A DNA stretch of 64,000 nucleotides from Caecitellus pseudoparvulus. Its lineage: Eukaryota > Protista > Bigyra: Bicosoecida. The stretch covers positions 33,480 to 97,479 of the forward strand of contig CBFFRQ010000084.1 of assembly GCA_965644315.1 (NCBI GenBank). Reading direction: 5' to 3'. Below are positions 41,116 to 53,303 of this stretch, one piece after another; the first letter of the stretch is position 1, and every line of letters begins with the position of its first letter. The notes below the pieces were generated by a model, which was not told the DNA's origin, made no database searches, and saw only the letters and a program-made list of their open reading frames with translations. The translations under genes and the position numbers were made by a program.

Positions 41116-43530
41116 TCAGCAGGGCGGCAGGGCGGCCAGGCCGGCGGCGGCGTGTGCCTTGGCTCGCTCTGCGTGAGCACCAGTGTGCTTGGCAGGGCTG
41201 TCTGTGATGGCTTGGAGGAAGGTGCGGCAGGCTGCCGTGACGGGGTGGTCATCTGCCAGTGCTGCAGCGCCGCCCCGCTCAGCCCAGCTGCCCACTGCCC
41301 GGGCAGCGTTGGCCAGGAGGGGCGTCAGGGGGCGCCTGCCCACTTGAGACGTGCGTGTCACGTGGGCCAGGGTGGCCAAGGCGAAGTCGGTGACAGGGGG
41401 CGACGGGGGGGCTGGACCGCCCTCAGCTGCAAAGTGCGCAGCGAGCAGGCCGTCCATGACCCCGACAGCCCCGCTTGCCACGAGGGAGCCGTTTGCCAGC
41501 TGCTCCGCGCAGTGCCGGGAGATGTCCCCGGCCACGCCCTGGACGAAGGCGTGGGAGAGGTGGTGCAGGGGGATGTCCCCGGCTGCCGCCTCTGCAGCTT
41601 CCAGGAGGTGCTCAGGGGGCAGCATGTGCACGCTGGCACCCTTCACCTTCATGCTGCGGTCGTGGAAGTCGGGGGCTCGGCTGCGCAGGATGAAGGCGGC
41701 AGCCGACATGGCCATGCACAGGGCGGGCAGGCTAGGCTGCATGCCACTGTTGGCACTGCATGTGTGCCCGATGGCGGCCAGGGCTTCACCCAGCAGGTCC
41801 ACGCTGACACGCAGGGGGGGTGCTGGGTGCCCGCGGGGGGGCTGCACGGACACGGTGAGCAGCGGCAGGGCAGCTGCAGGCATGCCCACCGCACACACGC
41901 CTCGCAGGAGACCAGAGGCCTGGCTGCAGCCCCGCAAGACAAGAGGCCGGGTGCTGTGGCCGTGTGCGGGGGGATTCTCAGCCACCCGCTGCACGGCGTG
42001 CGTGGCCAGGCCACACAGTGCCTCCACAGCCACGGTGCTGGCCACATGGGTGTCTGCGTCGGGCGTGGCACCGACGGCCTGCAGCAGCTTCACGGTACGG
42101 CTGGGGGCCCAGGACGGCAGGCTGTGCAGCAGCCACGGCTTGGCGGCGAAGAGCAAGCGCGCGGGTTTGGAGGACACCGCCCCCCGGACACCGGCGGTGG
42201 AGACACTGCCGGGGCGCACGGTCCGTGGCGTGCGCAGCATGCGGGGCGTGTGGGCCATGCTGTGCAGCAGGGTGACGAAGGCGTACGCCGCCTCGGCGGA
42301 CTGCTTGTGGTGGTCGGGGTGGGAGGGCGAGCTGAAGGCGCGCCAGGCCTTGAGGGTGTACGCGTGCAAGTGCCCCGCCAGCCGGCTGGCTGTGGCGCCC
42401 AGGGCCTTGGCCACGTTGGGGTCCAGGTGCCCTCCTCCGCGCTGCTTGAGAGCTGTCAGGGCGTGGTGCAGGGCGTGGCCAGCTTCTGCCTCGGCCGCCA
42501 GTGACGCGAGGGGGTTGGGGACTGACCCTGCCACGCCGGGGGGGGCCCTGCTCACGACATCCTGGGCCAGCGCCACAATGGCAGTGGCGGCGGGGAGCGC
42601 CAAGTCACGCTCAGCACCAGGGGGTGCCGCCACAGCTGTCTGCAGCACAGCGGCCGCGCCCGCCAGGGCTTGGGCGTGCACCTCCTGGGGCGAGAAGGGA
42701 GTGAAGCTGGTGCCAAGGCGGCCAAGGTTGCTGGCACCGGCCGCGTCCAGGTGGCTGACTTCTCGCTCTGCACCATGGTCCCGGCCGGCGTGGAAGTACG
42801 CAAACTCCGGGTCGCTCGTGGCAACAGCAGGGCCGTCCACGTACACGCCCGTCACGCCCAGGTTGCCGGGGGGCATGGCAGGGGGCACAGACGTGGCCAG
42901 GGCACCGCTGAGAGGAGGCAGCAGCACCTCCATGAGGCGTGTGTCTGTTGCGCCTCCAATGTGCGCAGCTGCCAGCGTCTGTGCGGCGTCAAAGGGGTGC
43001 AGAGTGACCGCCACACTGGGCTGGCACAGCGTCTGCACAGTGAGGTCCACCACCACAGCCAGCTCCCGAGAGCGAAAGGCACGCATCATGGACAGCTGCA
43101 GCACTGGCAGCAGGATCTGCACACACTCCTGCGCATCTACGGGGGGCACCTGAGCCAGCGCGCTGCCCAGGGCTGCCATGCACCTGTCCATGTGCACTGC
43201 GGGAAAAGGCCCACTCTGCACCATGGCCACGAGCACCCGCAACATGCGCGCCCACCCCTGTGCAGACAACGACACGCCTTCCCGCTGCAGGTGCTTGGTG
43301 ACCAGCACCGCGGGTGAGTCGTGCCCGGTGCTGGTGCTGAGGTGGCATGTGTTTGTCAGTGGGCTTGGCAGGCCAGGCGGGGCGAGGGCGTAGAGTGCAC
43401 TGTGAAGGCGCCAAGGGGCAGCGGGTCTCGTCTGCAGCGCAAGATACGGAAAATAACGGCCAAGTTGCCGGCCCCCACTGCGCCTCGTGAACTTCTGCGC
43501 AGCGGAGACCGCGGCTGATGTCGGGTGCAT
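41116..43530 (-). CDS. Ala-rich helical hypothetical protein, possibly organelle-targeted
   Basis: ~800-aa ORF whose Arg/Ser/Ala-rich, acid-free N-terminus resembles a presequence. No family recognised. Confidence 0.5.
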   Translation of the reverse strand: MHPTSAAVSAAQKFTRRSGGRQLGRYFPYLALQTRPAAPWRLHSALYALAPPGLPSPLTNTCHLSTSTGHDSPAVLVTKHLQREGVSLSAQGWARMLRVLVAMVQSGPFPAVHMDRCMAALGSALAQVPPVDAQECVQILLPVLQLSMMRAFRSRELAVVVDLTVQTLCQPSVAVTLHPFDAAQTLAAAHIGGATDTRLMEVLLPPLSGALATSVPPAMPPGNLGVTGVYVDGPAVATSDPEFAYFHAGRDHGAEREVSHLDAAGASNLGRLGTSFTPFSPQEVHAQALAGAAAVLQTAVAAPPGAERDLALPAATAIVALAQDVVSRAPPGVAGSVPNPLASLAAEAEAGHALHHALTALKQRGGGHLDPNVAKALGATASRLAGHLHAYTLKAWRAFSSPSHPDHHKQSAEAAYAFVTLLHSMAHTPRMLRTPRTVRPGSVSTAGVRGAVSSKPARLLFAAKPWLLHSLPSWAPSRTVKLLQAVGATPDADTHVASTVAVEALCGLATHAVQRVAENPPAHGHSTRPLVLRGCSQASGLLRGVCAVGMPAAALPLLTVSVQPPRGHPAPPLRVSVDLLGEALAAIGHTCSANSGMQPSLPALCMAMSAAAFILRSRAPDFHDRSMKVKGASVHMLPPEHLLEAAEAAAGDIPLHHLSHAFVQGVAGDISRHCAEQLANGSLVASGAVGVMDGLLAAHFAAEGGPAPPSPPVTDFALATLAHVTRTSQVGRRPLTPLLANAARAVGSWAERGGAAALADDHPVTAACRTFLQAITDSPAKHTGAHAERAKAHAAAGLAALPPC

Positions 43531-44023
43531 GGTGGCAATTACCGCAGACACCAGCGGGACAGAACGGCTGACTGCAGGCGGCACAGCCGGTCAAGGGCAT
43601 TCAACGCGAGAGCAGGCTAATGCAGAGCATTGACGGAAGTGTGCCATGTGCCTGCGATGTCGGGGAGTGGGCCTGCTTAGGTGGGGGGGGGCGGCTGCAG
43701 GTGAGCAAGGCGTGTGTGTTTCTCACTGGCCAACATGCCCTGCTGCGTCCAGCAGGGGGCGTGCTGGTGCAGAAGGTGCGCGCCCCAAAACTCGAACCAT
43801 GAGTGCTCAATATAAACGACACGCATGCCGGTGCTAGTGCGCCTCCCCCGTGCAGCCCACGCAAACGACTGAACTCTGGTTGGACAGGCGGGCGCCACTC
43901 TCGCTGCATTCCCCTGAGCTGCAGTGCTGTGGGGGGATTTTCAGCAGCTTTCTGCACCAGTTGCAGCATTACATAAGCAGATACAGACACGCAAGGAACG
44001 GCATTCAGCTTGAAGGGTCCAGG

Positions 44024-46152
44024 ATGGCCTCAGAGAAGGAGATCAGGTTCGTGGGCGGCTGTCCAATTTCCGCGAGCATGTGCCCCGCTCACAGCCGCCC
44101 TCCCTCCGCTCCGGCCGCAGCCTTTCCGTGGACGAAACCAACGCCCTCCGTGCAAAACTAGGATTGAAGCCCCTGCGTATTTCACAGGCCCCAGCAGAGG
44201 CTCCCGCCCCACCTGCAGCCCCGGCTGGTGATGCAAAGGAGCAGTCTGGCGGACTGGCTGCTCGCCTTGCTGCTGCCAAGGCCAAGCGCTCAGCGCCCGC
44301 CCCACAGGAGGACGTCATCGGCAAGGCAGCATCTGGTAGTGCCTCCGACTGGGTGGCGCATATGAAGGCCAAGAGGGCAGCTCGCAAGGCGACTGGCAAG
44401 GCTGCCCCAGCTCGCCGCTCTGGCCCCATGGCGTTGCTCGGTGACGGCGAGGAGGAGGAGCAGGTGGAGGGGGCGGGGCTGTCTGTGCGCCACGCCGTGG
44501 GCGACTTTGCTGAGGGGCAGGACGTGGTGCTGACGCTGGCAGACCGCAGCGTGCTGGACGAGGAGGGGGAGGACGTGCTGGAGAACAGCCGGCTGATGGC
44601 GGATGCCAAGGCGCGTCTGGCCGTGTCGCGGAAGGCCAAGGTGGCAGCCATGCGGGGGGCCACGGGTTACAGTCGCCTGGCGTCTCGGGAGGCAGGTGGC
44701 TCAGCACCTGGTCTCCTGCAGCAGTACGACGATGGGGATGAGGAGGCCATGTTGGCGGGCAAGGCGGTGCTGACGGCGAGCGGGGCGCTGGTGTCGCGTG
44801 CAGGGCTGGAGGGCGGCGACGATGCTGTGGACTCGGCTGCAGGCGACGCAGTGCGGCAGCGCCTGCAGGCAGCGGCGGGGGGTGGCACGGCGGCAGCCGA
44901 GGCGGGCGGTGTGGTGGTGGCGAGTGACTTCATGACTCGGGAGGAGGCTGCTGCGTTGATGCCTCAGGCGGGCAAGGCCTCAAAGAAGGCCAAGAAGGCC
45001 AAGAAAGCCTCCAAGCGTCGCAAGCGCCAGCGGGAGGAGGGTGGTGGCTCCCCGCCCCCTGCTGTCGATGGGGCAGTGGAGGCGGAGGCGGCAGCTCGCT
45101 TTGGCACGTCAGAAGGCAGGCTGGGGCAAGGCACGTCTGCTGGGGCACGCCTGGCTGCAGAGCTGTCGGGCTCTGGTGGTCAGGATGGGGGGGGGCAGGT
45201 GGATGCAGCTGGCGAAGCGGCGGCTGCAGCCGTGCGTGCTCGCCTCGCGGCAGCTGAGGGGGAGGAGGGGGGGGGTGACGGAGCACAGCACTTGACGAAG
45301 GCTCGCAAGTACACTCTGCGCGACACCCCTGGAGGTGCCATGAGTGGGCTGGGTGACGGGGATGCCGAGGAGGATGGCGGGGAGGCTGCCTGGGCAGCGC
45401 AGTTGGCGGCGGGGCTGGCGCGCGCCCGGGCGGCCCAGGCAGCTGCGCCGCCCAAGCCGACCGCCTCTGAGGAGGCAGGGGACGTGGAGGCTAGTGCGGT
45501 GCTGGCGAAGGTAAAGGCGGCCCGTGCCGCTCGTGCGGCGGCTGCTGCGGCGTCCGCTGGCGCCACGTCAGGCGGCAGTGGCCCCAGCACCCTCACCTTC
45601 TCCTCCAGCGCAGAGTTCACCCGGCGCCTAGCAGCCAAGACTGCTGGGCCAGCTGTGCCGTCCAGGGATGGGGGTGGCAGTGCTGGAAGTGCGCCCAGTG
45701 CTGCTGTGGCGTCTGGGGGAGGGGAGGCGGCGGCGAAGGACGAGGAGGGGAGCCTGGACCGGCAGCTGGCTGCAGCCAAGGCGGACGTCGCCAAGGCCAC
45801 TGTGGACGGGGAGATGGTGACAGAGGCAGGGGAGACGAGCTCCAGCACAGCGGCAGCGCTGTCGTTCTTGAGGCGCACAGGCGCGCTGTCCAAGGCCAAC
45901 GCGGGTGTACTGGTGGCCGGCCGTGCAAACGACCGGCGCCCTGCGCTGCCTGGAGGGGAGGAGGACCCCGCCCCACGAGTGCACCTGCGGCAGCAAGACG
46001 CTTTCGGGCGGGAGTTGACACAGAAGGAGGCGTGGAGGCAGTTGAACTATGCCTTCCACGGCTTTGGCAGCGGCAAGCGGAAGCAGGAGCGGAAGTTGAA
46101 GCGGCTGATGGAGGACATCGGAAGCTCAGGCAGTGGCAAGGGGCGCAAGTGA
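44024..46152 (+). CDS. SART1: U4/U6.U5 tri-snRNP protein SART1/Snu66 (1 intron near the start)
   Basis: HIND motif SLSVDETNALRAKLGLKPL, VVLTLADRSVLDE and C-terminal DAFGRELTQKEAWRQLNYAFHGFGSGKRKQERKLK. Confidence 0.93.
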
Positions 46153-46342
46153 CACAGAACCAATCACTGTTCAAATGCACAGCAGACATGACATTGGCGC
46201 TGGGCACACCTGCAATTGAACGGTCCAGCACGTGGGCAGTGCGTTTGGCAGCGAGACTTCGAGTGTGCGCAGTGCAGCGAGGCCAGAGCAGCGGCTCAGC
46301 CTCCTTGCACCGTCTGAGCCATCAGCGTGGGCAGGAGGAAGA

Positions 46343-48817
46343 ATGAGTGCCTCAGCTGGATTCAGTGGGGGCAAGAAGAAGAAGTGGACCCCCAAGCCCC
46401 CCAAGCCTGCTGACGATGCACCCCGCAACAAGAAGGTGAGCAGGTGGTCGTGGTCAGGCTGCGGAAAGTCACGCGAACACCTGCCAAGGCCCAACAGCAC
46501 ACATCCGTCAACGTCGTGCCCCCCAGAAAGCCCGCAAGGAGCGCAAATCCCAGACTGATCCCCATTTTGACCTAGTTGAGGGAGGCAAGGTGCGTGCCTG
46601 GCTGCCAGTGGCGGCTGCCGTGGTGCGTGGGTGCACAATCGATTTCCGCACCCCGCCTCGGCGCAGAACCTGTGGGAGGTGTACCGGCAGAAGGCCGTCA
46701 CGCTGGCCGACAAGCGGGAGAGCATTGACAAGGTCCTGGACATGTGGAAGGGGTCCATGAAGACGCTGTGTGCACGGCACGATGCCAGCCGCGTGATCCA
46801 GAGTGTCTTCCAGTTCGGCACGGTGGTGCAGCAGGAGAAGGTGATGGCGGAGCTGAGGGGGCACCTCCTGGACATGTCCAAGGAGAAGCACGCCCACAAC
46901 ATCCTGGAGAAGATCTTGAAGTACGGCTCGCCGTCCATGAAGGCGGCGGTGCACAAGGAGCTCAAGGGTCACGCCGCCCGGCTCATGACGCACAAGATGG
47001 GCATCCTGGTGCTGGAGGCTGGCTATGCCAAGGCGTGGTCCACGGCAGACACCTGGGAGCTGCTGCAGGAGGCGTATGGGCCGCAGTATGCTCACTTGAA
47101 GGTGACCCCCGCCAAGCAGGCGCCCGTGGCGCACTTGCTCGGCACAGGCGCCCTGCCGCCGCCTGGCTGCGCCGAGGGCGGGGAGGACGTGGCAACTCTG
47201 CCCCCTGCCAAGCCAGAGGACATGTCCGTCCTGGCTGCCAAGCGTTCCCTGGACTCCCTCCTGGCAGAGCACCCCTCTGAGAAGCTGAGCGTGCTGCGCA
47301 ACCTGTACCACCACATCAACAAGTTCGTGGCCAAGGGGTTCCTGGGCACGACCATCGGCCAGCGCCTGCTCGCAGACTTCCTGCGCGTGGCGTCGCCCCT
47401 GTCCATCCGCCAGGTGGTGCCCACCATCACCGACGCCATCGTGGCCCTCGTGTCCTCCCGTGACGGCATGCTGGCCGCTTGCATCGCCCTGGCATACGCC
47501 ACCACCAAGGAGCGCAAGGTCATCCTCAGCAGCATCAAGGCGCACGTGGCGGAGCTGGCGCTGCACGACCAGGGCCACATGCTGCTGGTCAAGGCGCTGG
47601 ACTGCGTGGACGACACGGTGCAGCTGACCAAGGCCATCCTCAAGCCGCTGTCGGCGGAGCTGGACCTGGTGCGGGACGTCGCCTGTGACCGCTTCGGGCG
47701 CCGGGTGTGGCTGCACTTGCTGGCGCCAGGCAGCAGCCGGTACTTTCCCCAGACAGACATGCAGCTGCTGCAGCCTGTGTGGGTGCCTGAGCAGGAGGAG
47801 GAAGAGCAGGAGGAAGGGACGGCCGCCACGGGGCAGCGTGCGCCTGTGCGGGACCTGAGTGCGCTGGAGCCGGCAGGGCAGGGCGCAGAGGAGGAGGAGG
47901 CAGGGGACGCGGCCGACACTGTGGCTGCCACAGGCAAGCGCAAGAGCCGGGACGGTGCCCTGGACTTGACCACTGTGCAGTGGCAGGCAACGAGCAAGAA
48001 GTCTGCCCCCATCCGCCGCAAGCAGCTGCTGAAGGCCGCCCTGCCCAAGCTGCGGGATGCGATGCTGGTGCACACTGCGGACTTCATGCGCAGCCGGTGG
48101 GGTGCTGAGGTGCTGCTGGAGACAGTGAAGGCCATGGCGGAGCAGGCAGCTCTGCCCAAGGGCGTCGCCACTCCATCCGACGTGCAGCAGGTGCTGGAGG
48201 CGGTGGCAGAGGCAGTGCGGGAGGACAGTGAGGAGGGGGGCGAGGAGGAGGACGTGCAGTTGGCTGCTGCCGCAGGTGCGGGGCAGGCTGCCGCGTCCAC
48301 AGCAGTTCGCTCTGGCGTGCACTTCGGAGGGGGTGACGAGGGGGGCGACTCCCCCACGCCCGCCCGGACAGGCGAGGGCACTGAGCCGTGGCAGTCCCTC
48401 GTGGAGAACGCTGCCTCCACACTGCTGCTCAAGCGCCTGTTGCTGCTGGAGCGGGAGACACCCGCCAGCATCGGCCAGGTGCCCATCGGGGAGATGTTGT
48501 GGGATGCGGTGGCGGCCAAGTACGGCGGCCCGGCAGGGGACGGCACCGCACTTCTGCAGCACAACCGCGGGTGCTTCCTGCTGTCTGACCTGGCGCAGTC
48601 CCCTTCCGCAGGTGAGGCAGTGCGGGGCGTGCTGGGCTCCAAGGCGGCTGTGGCAGCCCTCAAGGCAGCCGACCCCTGCTCAGGCAAGGCAGTCTTGGGC
48701 AAGGCCCTTGGCGTGACGGTGCAGGATGCCAAGCCCGCCGGCAAGCCACTGCGCGGCACCAAGCGCGCGTCGGACAGTGCTGCGCCAGCTCGCGGCGGCA
48801 AGCGCTCTCGCAAGTGA
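46343..48817 (+). CDS. PUM3: Pumilio homology domain nucleolar protein PUM3/Puf6 (5' introns)
   Basis: HDASRVIQS..QFG, KILKYGS, G.LAAC.ALAYATTKERKVIL, DCVDDT.QL.K and CPL-like SKKSAPIRRKQLL. Confidence 0.88.
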
Positions 48818-48854
48818 GGCATGCCGGGCAATGCATTGCGCGGGGGGGAAGGGC

Positions 48855-49857
48855 TCACGCCTCGCTGGCTGAGGCGATGATGGCGGTGAAGTCTGCCTTC
48901 AAGCTGGCGCCACCCACGAGGAATCCGTCAATGTCCGAGAGGCTGATGAGGCTCTTGCAGTTCGAAGGCTTGACGCTGCCGCCGTAGATGATGCGGGTGG
49001 CAGTGCCCACGTCCACGGACACGTTCTCCTCCAGCCAGCTTCGGATGTCGGAGATGGACTCCTGCGCCTGGGCTGGCGAGGCGGTCTTGCCAGTGCCAAT
49101 GGCCCACACGGGCTCATACGCGATGACGACCCGGCCCCACTGCTCGGAGGAGATGGCATCCGCGAGTGGCTTCAGCTGCCCCTCCACCACCTCCATCGTC
49201 TTGCCAGCCTCTTGTTCCTCCAGCTGCTCCCCCACGCAGAACACGACAGAGAGCCCAGCGTCCAGGGCCACCTTGGCCTTGGCGGCACAGGTGTCCAGGG
49301 AGTCCCCGAAGATGTGCCGGCGCTCAGAGTGCCCCACGATCACCCAGTCCACGCCAAAGTCTGCGAGGGGCGATCCGCGTGCAGGGCGGTGGCGCGCAGA
49401 CTTGGGCTGGTGCATGGGCAAGGGCCACACCTTTCAGCATGGCGGCAGAGTGCTCCCCAGTGAAGGCGCCGAATCCCTGCGAGTAGGCGGGTTGAGGAGT
49501 TGCACTTGTTTCATTCAGTTTCGGGAAGTCGACACCACACACGCCGGCAGACGCACCTCGTGCGAATGAATGTTCTGAGCACCAATCAGCACATCCTTGG
49601 TGAGGGCTTCTTTGGTTGCTTGAATGTGCAGCGCGGGAGGTGCCAGGAAGATGTCTGTGTCGCGCAGAGGCAGCCTCGGGTGGGGCGGGGAGCAGCTGAG
49701 TTTCACGGGAGTTTCATCGCGCACCTGCGTTGGCTGGGAGGGACTCCATAGCGTTGATGGCGCTCGTCACTGTGCTGATGGTCTCCTTGGTGGAGGCCAT
49801 CTTCCAGTTCCCGCCGATGAAGAGGCGCCGGCCTCCAGACTGAGACGTGGCAGCCAT
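48855..49857 (-). CDS. TPI: Triosephosphate isomerase (3 introns)
   Basis: FIGGNWKM, IGAQN, GAFTGE, VIVGHSERRH, IAYEPVWAIGTG, IYGGSV and DGFLVGGASLK. Confidence 0.97.
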
Positions 49858-50003
49858 GGTTGGCAAGCTTCGGTGCAGGATTGGGTGGTGCTGAGGCGCA
49901 TGTGATGGCAGTGCGGCTGGCCAGATGAGTGCGGGGGCAGGGTGAGGTCAAATACACAAGTAATGTGCGCACATGACCTGCATTGCCCGTCCACGCCCAA
50001 GCC

Positions 50004-53000
50004 CTACACCCCCCCTCCCCCCCCCTCTGCCTCCAGGTGCAGCAACGCGCAGTGAGCTGCAGTGGACGCCAGAGTCACAGCGTAGCCCCACTCGCCAGTA
50101 GCCTGGCTGGGCGGCAGCCACTCCTCTGCAAACGCGACGTGGCTGGGTATGTCCTGCAGGTTGGACGCCACGAGGGCCCAGGCCAGCAGGGGCAGCAGCT
50201 CGTCTGCCGACAGCCCCGCGCCCCCCCCCCGCACAGCCTGCCCAGCATCGTTCAATCCACGCAGCGCCGCCGCCAGGCACTGGCCCTTGCCCACGCCTGA
50301 CCGGTGCAGGGTGCACCTGACCAGGGCGTCAATGCAGCCGCTGTATGCACGCAAGGCTGCGGCGGTGGGCTGCTCGTGGGGCAGCGGTGTGGGGATGAGG
50401 GTCGGCGGCACGCCCACCTCCTCCAACGGCAGGGCGATGCCACTGCCGCCCTCGCCCCCCACAAGGGGGGCAGCGCCCCACTGCGTCATGGCCCGGCGCA
50501 ACGTGCCGTTGTACCGCTCGTCCATGGGGGCCTGCACGCTGCGCTCCAGGTTGAAGAGCAGGGTGTGGCAGTGCGCGACGACACACCGCCACACCTCCAC
50601 CTCAACCGTGTACTTGAACATGGACACGACATGGTCCAAGGGCACGAAGGGCACAGCAGGGGCGGCATGGCTTCTCCCTGGGCTGCCCACAAGGACGTCA
50701 GCGGCACTGCCGAGCAGTCCAGCTGACGTCTGGCTGCCACTGCTGCCGCCGCTCAGTCCCATGCCGTCTGCGTCAGGCGCCGAGTCACTGTCCTCCTCCG
50801 AGTCGTGGTCTGAGTCACCCCCAGCGCCGCCCAGCAGCTCCGGCATGGAGCGGTCCATAGCGAACGGGAGGTGTGCACTGCCTTCCTCCGGCAGGGGCAG
50901 GCTGGAGGAAGGCGCGCTCAGGCGCCGTGTCCGGGGGGGGGTGTCCGGGGCAGTGCCAGGGGGGGTGGCGTCCGCTCCTGCCCCTGCACGGCTCGTGACT
51001 GCCATCTCCACGCCCATCGAAGGCAGGGACGTGTCAGAGGTGCCGGCGCCCCACAGCGCTGGGGAGGGCCGGGGCGCCTCGCTGGCTGAGCGCCCGTGTC
51101 GCCCATGCCGATCCACCACCTGCATGGTGCGGACGGATCCCCCCGGACCCCACCCCCTCACTCGCATCTGCGGTCCTTGCAGCTGCATGGCAATGGCAGC
51201 CGATGGGGGGTGCTGGGCCGGTGTGTGGCGGTGGGTGGTTGGCACGGCAGGTGTGGGGCGCACGGCCGTCAGCGCCACCACCGCCCTGTCCACGTCCGCC
51301 ACCTCCCGCGCCCCATGCACCGCAGCGAGGAACCTGAACTTCCGCAGCAGTGCAGCAGTCAAGTGGCCCATGAAACCCTTCACGTCGGCGGTGGCGTGGG
51401 CGGCAGCGGCTTTGGCTGCTCGCCTGGCCAGCACAGGCTGCAGCTGCCCCTGCTGACTCAGCACGGCGGTGCGAAGGGAGGAGGGCGTAGCAGGGGCTGG
51501 GCGGGCACAGGCTTGCTCGATGGCGGTGTGCAGCGCCGCCATGTCCACGCCCTCCTCCCTTCCTGCCCGGCTGGGAAGGGGGGGCGGCAGGCGCAAGCCC
51601 TCACGCCGCATCACTTGCGCTTTGGCATGGCGGGGGCGGTTGGGCTGCTTCCGGCGCCCGAAACGCATGAGCAGGGACATGAACGCACCACGCTGTTTGG
51701 GTGCCGGCTTGGGCTTGGGCGCTGCCAGGGCTGCATCCAGGGCTTGCCCCAGCCCTGAGCCCAGCATGCCGCCACTGCTGTCGCTGCCGCTGCTGCCACG
51801 GCGGTGTGCGCTGTAGCTCCGCTGGGCGGGGTCAAGTGTGGGCCTGGCCAGCGGGGGCATGGGGGAGCCCAGGGCTGCTGCCGCCGCTGTCGCCGCCCGC
51901 AGCGCCTTAGTGACGCTGCCCAGCGCATCCTCCCAAACTGATGCATCGTGCCTTCGGCTCTGGAATGGCCGCGCCAGGTCGCCCACTGCATAAGGACCAT
52001 ACACACCCTCCAGCCCCATGGCGAAGGCGCTGATGGCTGTTCCGAGGGAATGTACGACGGGCCGATGGGAGGGCCGGTCGCTGACTCGGTACCGCAGCCG
52101 CATGCAACGGCGCATGTAGCGCCCCAGGTACAGCGCGCACTGCCGGGCAGGCATGGCGGGCGTGCCTGCCTGTCGCATGTGCTGCTGCAGGGCGGCCCGG
52201 GTGCCCTGCCCCACCTCCAGCACACAGGCAGCGGCGGCGAGGCACTTGCCGTGGATGCTGCTGTCTAGGCGCCGGGCCTTGGTGTCCCCCTCATGCCCTT
52301 GCTCCGTGACGCCTGCGAGGCAGGCTGCGAAGGCAGCACTGCGAGCTGCAGCAGCTGTCTCCGCCACAGCTGCAGTGACAGTGGGCACCACCAGTCCACC
52401 GCTGCCTGCTGAGTGCTCCCCAGGTCCTACTGCCTGCAGCAGGTGCAGAGTGGGGGCCACACGCGCGATGATATGTCGTGCTAGGCGGTGTTCCGCCCCG
52501 CACTGCCGTGCTGCGTGTAGCACGTTGGAGGCCACATGCCGCGCAGCTGCCAGCCAGAGGGCGGACTTGTCCACGCCAGGGCCTGCCGCCAGCACCCTGC
52601 CCCGCCAGCGCACCAGTAAGGCGGCGTTGGCCAGCGCAGAGACGCCGGCGTAGAAGGCAGGGGGGGGCAGGGGGGGCAGGGGCGGGGCTGGTGCCTGGCC
52701 TGCCCCGCTGTCCACCTGGGCGCCGCTGAAGACTGACATCATGCTGTCCTGCGTGACCGCTCGGGAGGGGCGGGCAGTGGGGGGCGCCGCGCTGCTGGGC
52801 AGTTCCGGCGCGGGGAACGGGCTGTAAGGGTTGGGTGAGGGGGCCTGTCGTGGCAGTGGGCGAGGGGGGGTCAGGCTCTGCAGGGGGTGTGCCGTGGCTT
52901 GGGTGGTGCGCAGAGGGGAAGCCACGTCAGGGGAGGGCAGAGGCGGCGGCCAGGCCACTGTGTGACCCAGCTGCCGCCATGCCGCCGCCCGTAGCATAGG

Positions 53001-53303
53001 GGAGGCGGAGGAGGGTGCAGACTGGGGGATGCGGGGGGACCCCGTCAGGTCCCGTGGCGTGGAGGGTGCGCGGAAGAGGTAGCTGCCAAGGGACGAGTCG
53101 TCAACGGCCCGAGGGGGGGCGGCCCCGCCGCCAGGCCGCCCTCCTGCTGCGCGTGGAATGGGTACAGCTGCACTGCGAGGCGGAGAAGGTGCCGTGACGT
53201 CCTGGGTGCTGGCCGAGCCAGGCACCTGCAGCAGCCTGTGGGGCGTGATGTGCAGCGGTGCCAGCAGCTGTGTGTGCTGCTCCAAGTGCACAGAGGGGTC
53301 CAT
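50004..53303 (-). CDS. VPS9-domain protein (Rab5-family GEF)
   Basis: C-terminal LSADELLPLLAWALV..NL...GEWGYAVT, the VPS9 ADxLLP and GExGY motifs. Confidence 0.8.
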   Translation of the reverse strand: MDPSVHLEQHTQLLAPLHITPHRLLQVPGSASTQDVTAPSPPRSAAVPIPRAAGGRPGGGAAPPRAVDDSSLGSYLFRAPSTPRDLTGSPRIPQSAPSSASPMLRAAAWRQLGHTVAWPPPLPSPDVASPLRTTQATAHPLQSLTPPRPLPRQAPSPNPYSPFPAPELPSSAAPPTARPSRAVTQDSMMSVFSGAQVDSGAGQAPAPPLPPLPPPAFYAGVSALANAALLVRWRGRVLAAGPGVDKSALWLAAARHVASNVLHAARQCGAEHRLARHIIARVAPTLHLLQAVGPGEHSAGSGGLVVPTVTAAVAETAAAARSAAFAACLAGVTEQGHEGDTKARRLDSSIHGKCLAAAACVLEVGQGTRAALQQHMRQAGTPAMPARQCALYLGRYMRRCMRLRYRVSDRPSHRPVVHSLGTAISAFAMGLEGVYGPYAVGDLARPFQSRRHDASVWEDALGSVTKALRAATAAAAALGSPMPPLARPTLDPAQRSYSAHRRGSSGSDSSGGMLGSGLGQALDAALAAPKPKPAPKQRGAFMSLLMRFGRRKQPNRPRHAKAQVMRREGLRLPPPLPSRAGREEGVDMAALHTAIEQACARPAPATPSSLRTAVLSQQGQLQPVLARRAAKAAAAHATADVKGFMGHLTAALLRKFRFLAAVHGAREVADVDRAVVALTAVRPTPAVPTTHRHTPAQHPPSAAIAMQLQGPQMRVRGWGPGGSVRTMQVVDRHGRHGRSASEAPRPSPALWGAGTSDTSLPSMGVEMAVTSRAGAGADATPPGTAPDTPPRTRRLSAPSSSLPLPEEGSAHLPFAMDRSMPELLGGAGGDSDHDSEEDSDSAPDADGMGLSGGSSGSQTSAGLLGSAADVLVGSPGRSHAAPAVPFVPLDHVVSMFKYTVEVEVWRCVVAHCHTLLFNLERSVQAPMDERYNGTLRRAMTQWGAAPLVGGEGGSGIALPLEEVGVPPTLIPTPLPHEQPTAAALRAYSGCIDALVRCTLHRSGVGKGQCLAAALRGLNDAGQAVRGGGAGLSADELLPLLAWALVASNLQDIPSHVAFAEEWLPPSQATGEWGYAVTLASTAAHCALLHLEAEGGGGGV

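Noticed and set aside
46508-48858. Long antisense/alternate-frame ORFs (684 aa and 588 aa over PUM3; similar ones over ANKRD13, VPS9, NME7 and 41116-43530)
   Set aside because: Expected shadows of GC-rich codon usage with few stop codons. They carry no motifs and lie opposite well-supported genes.
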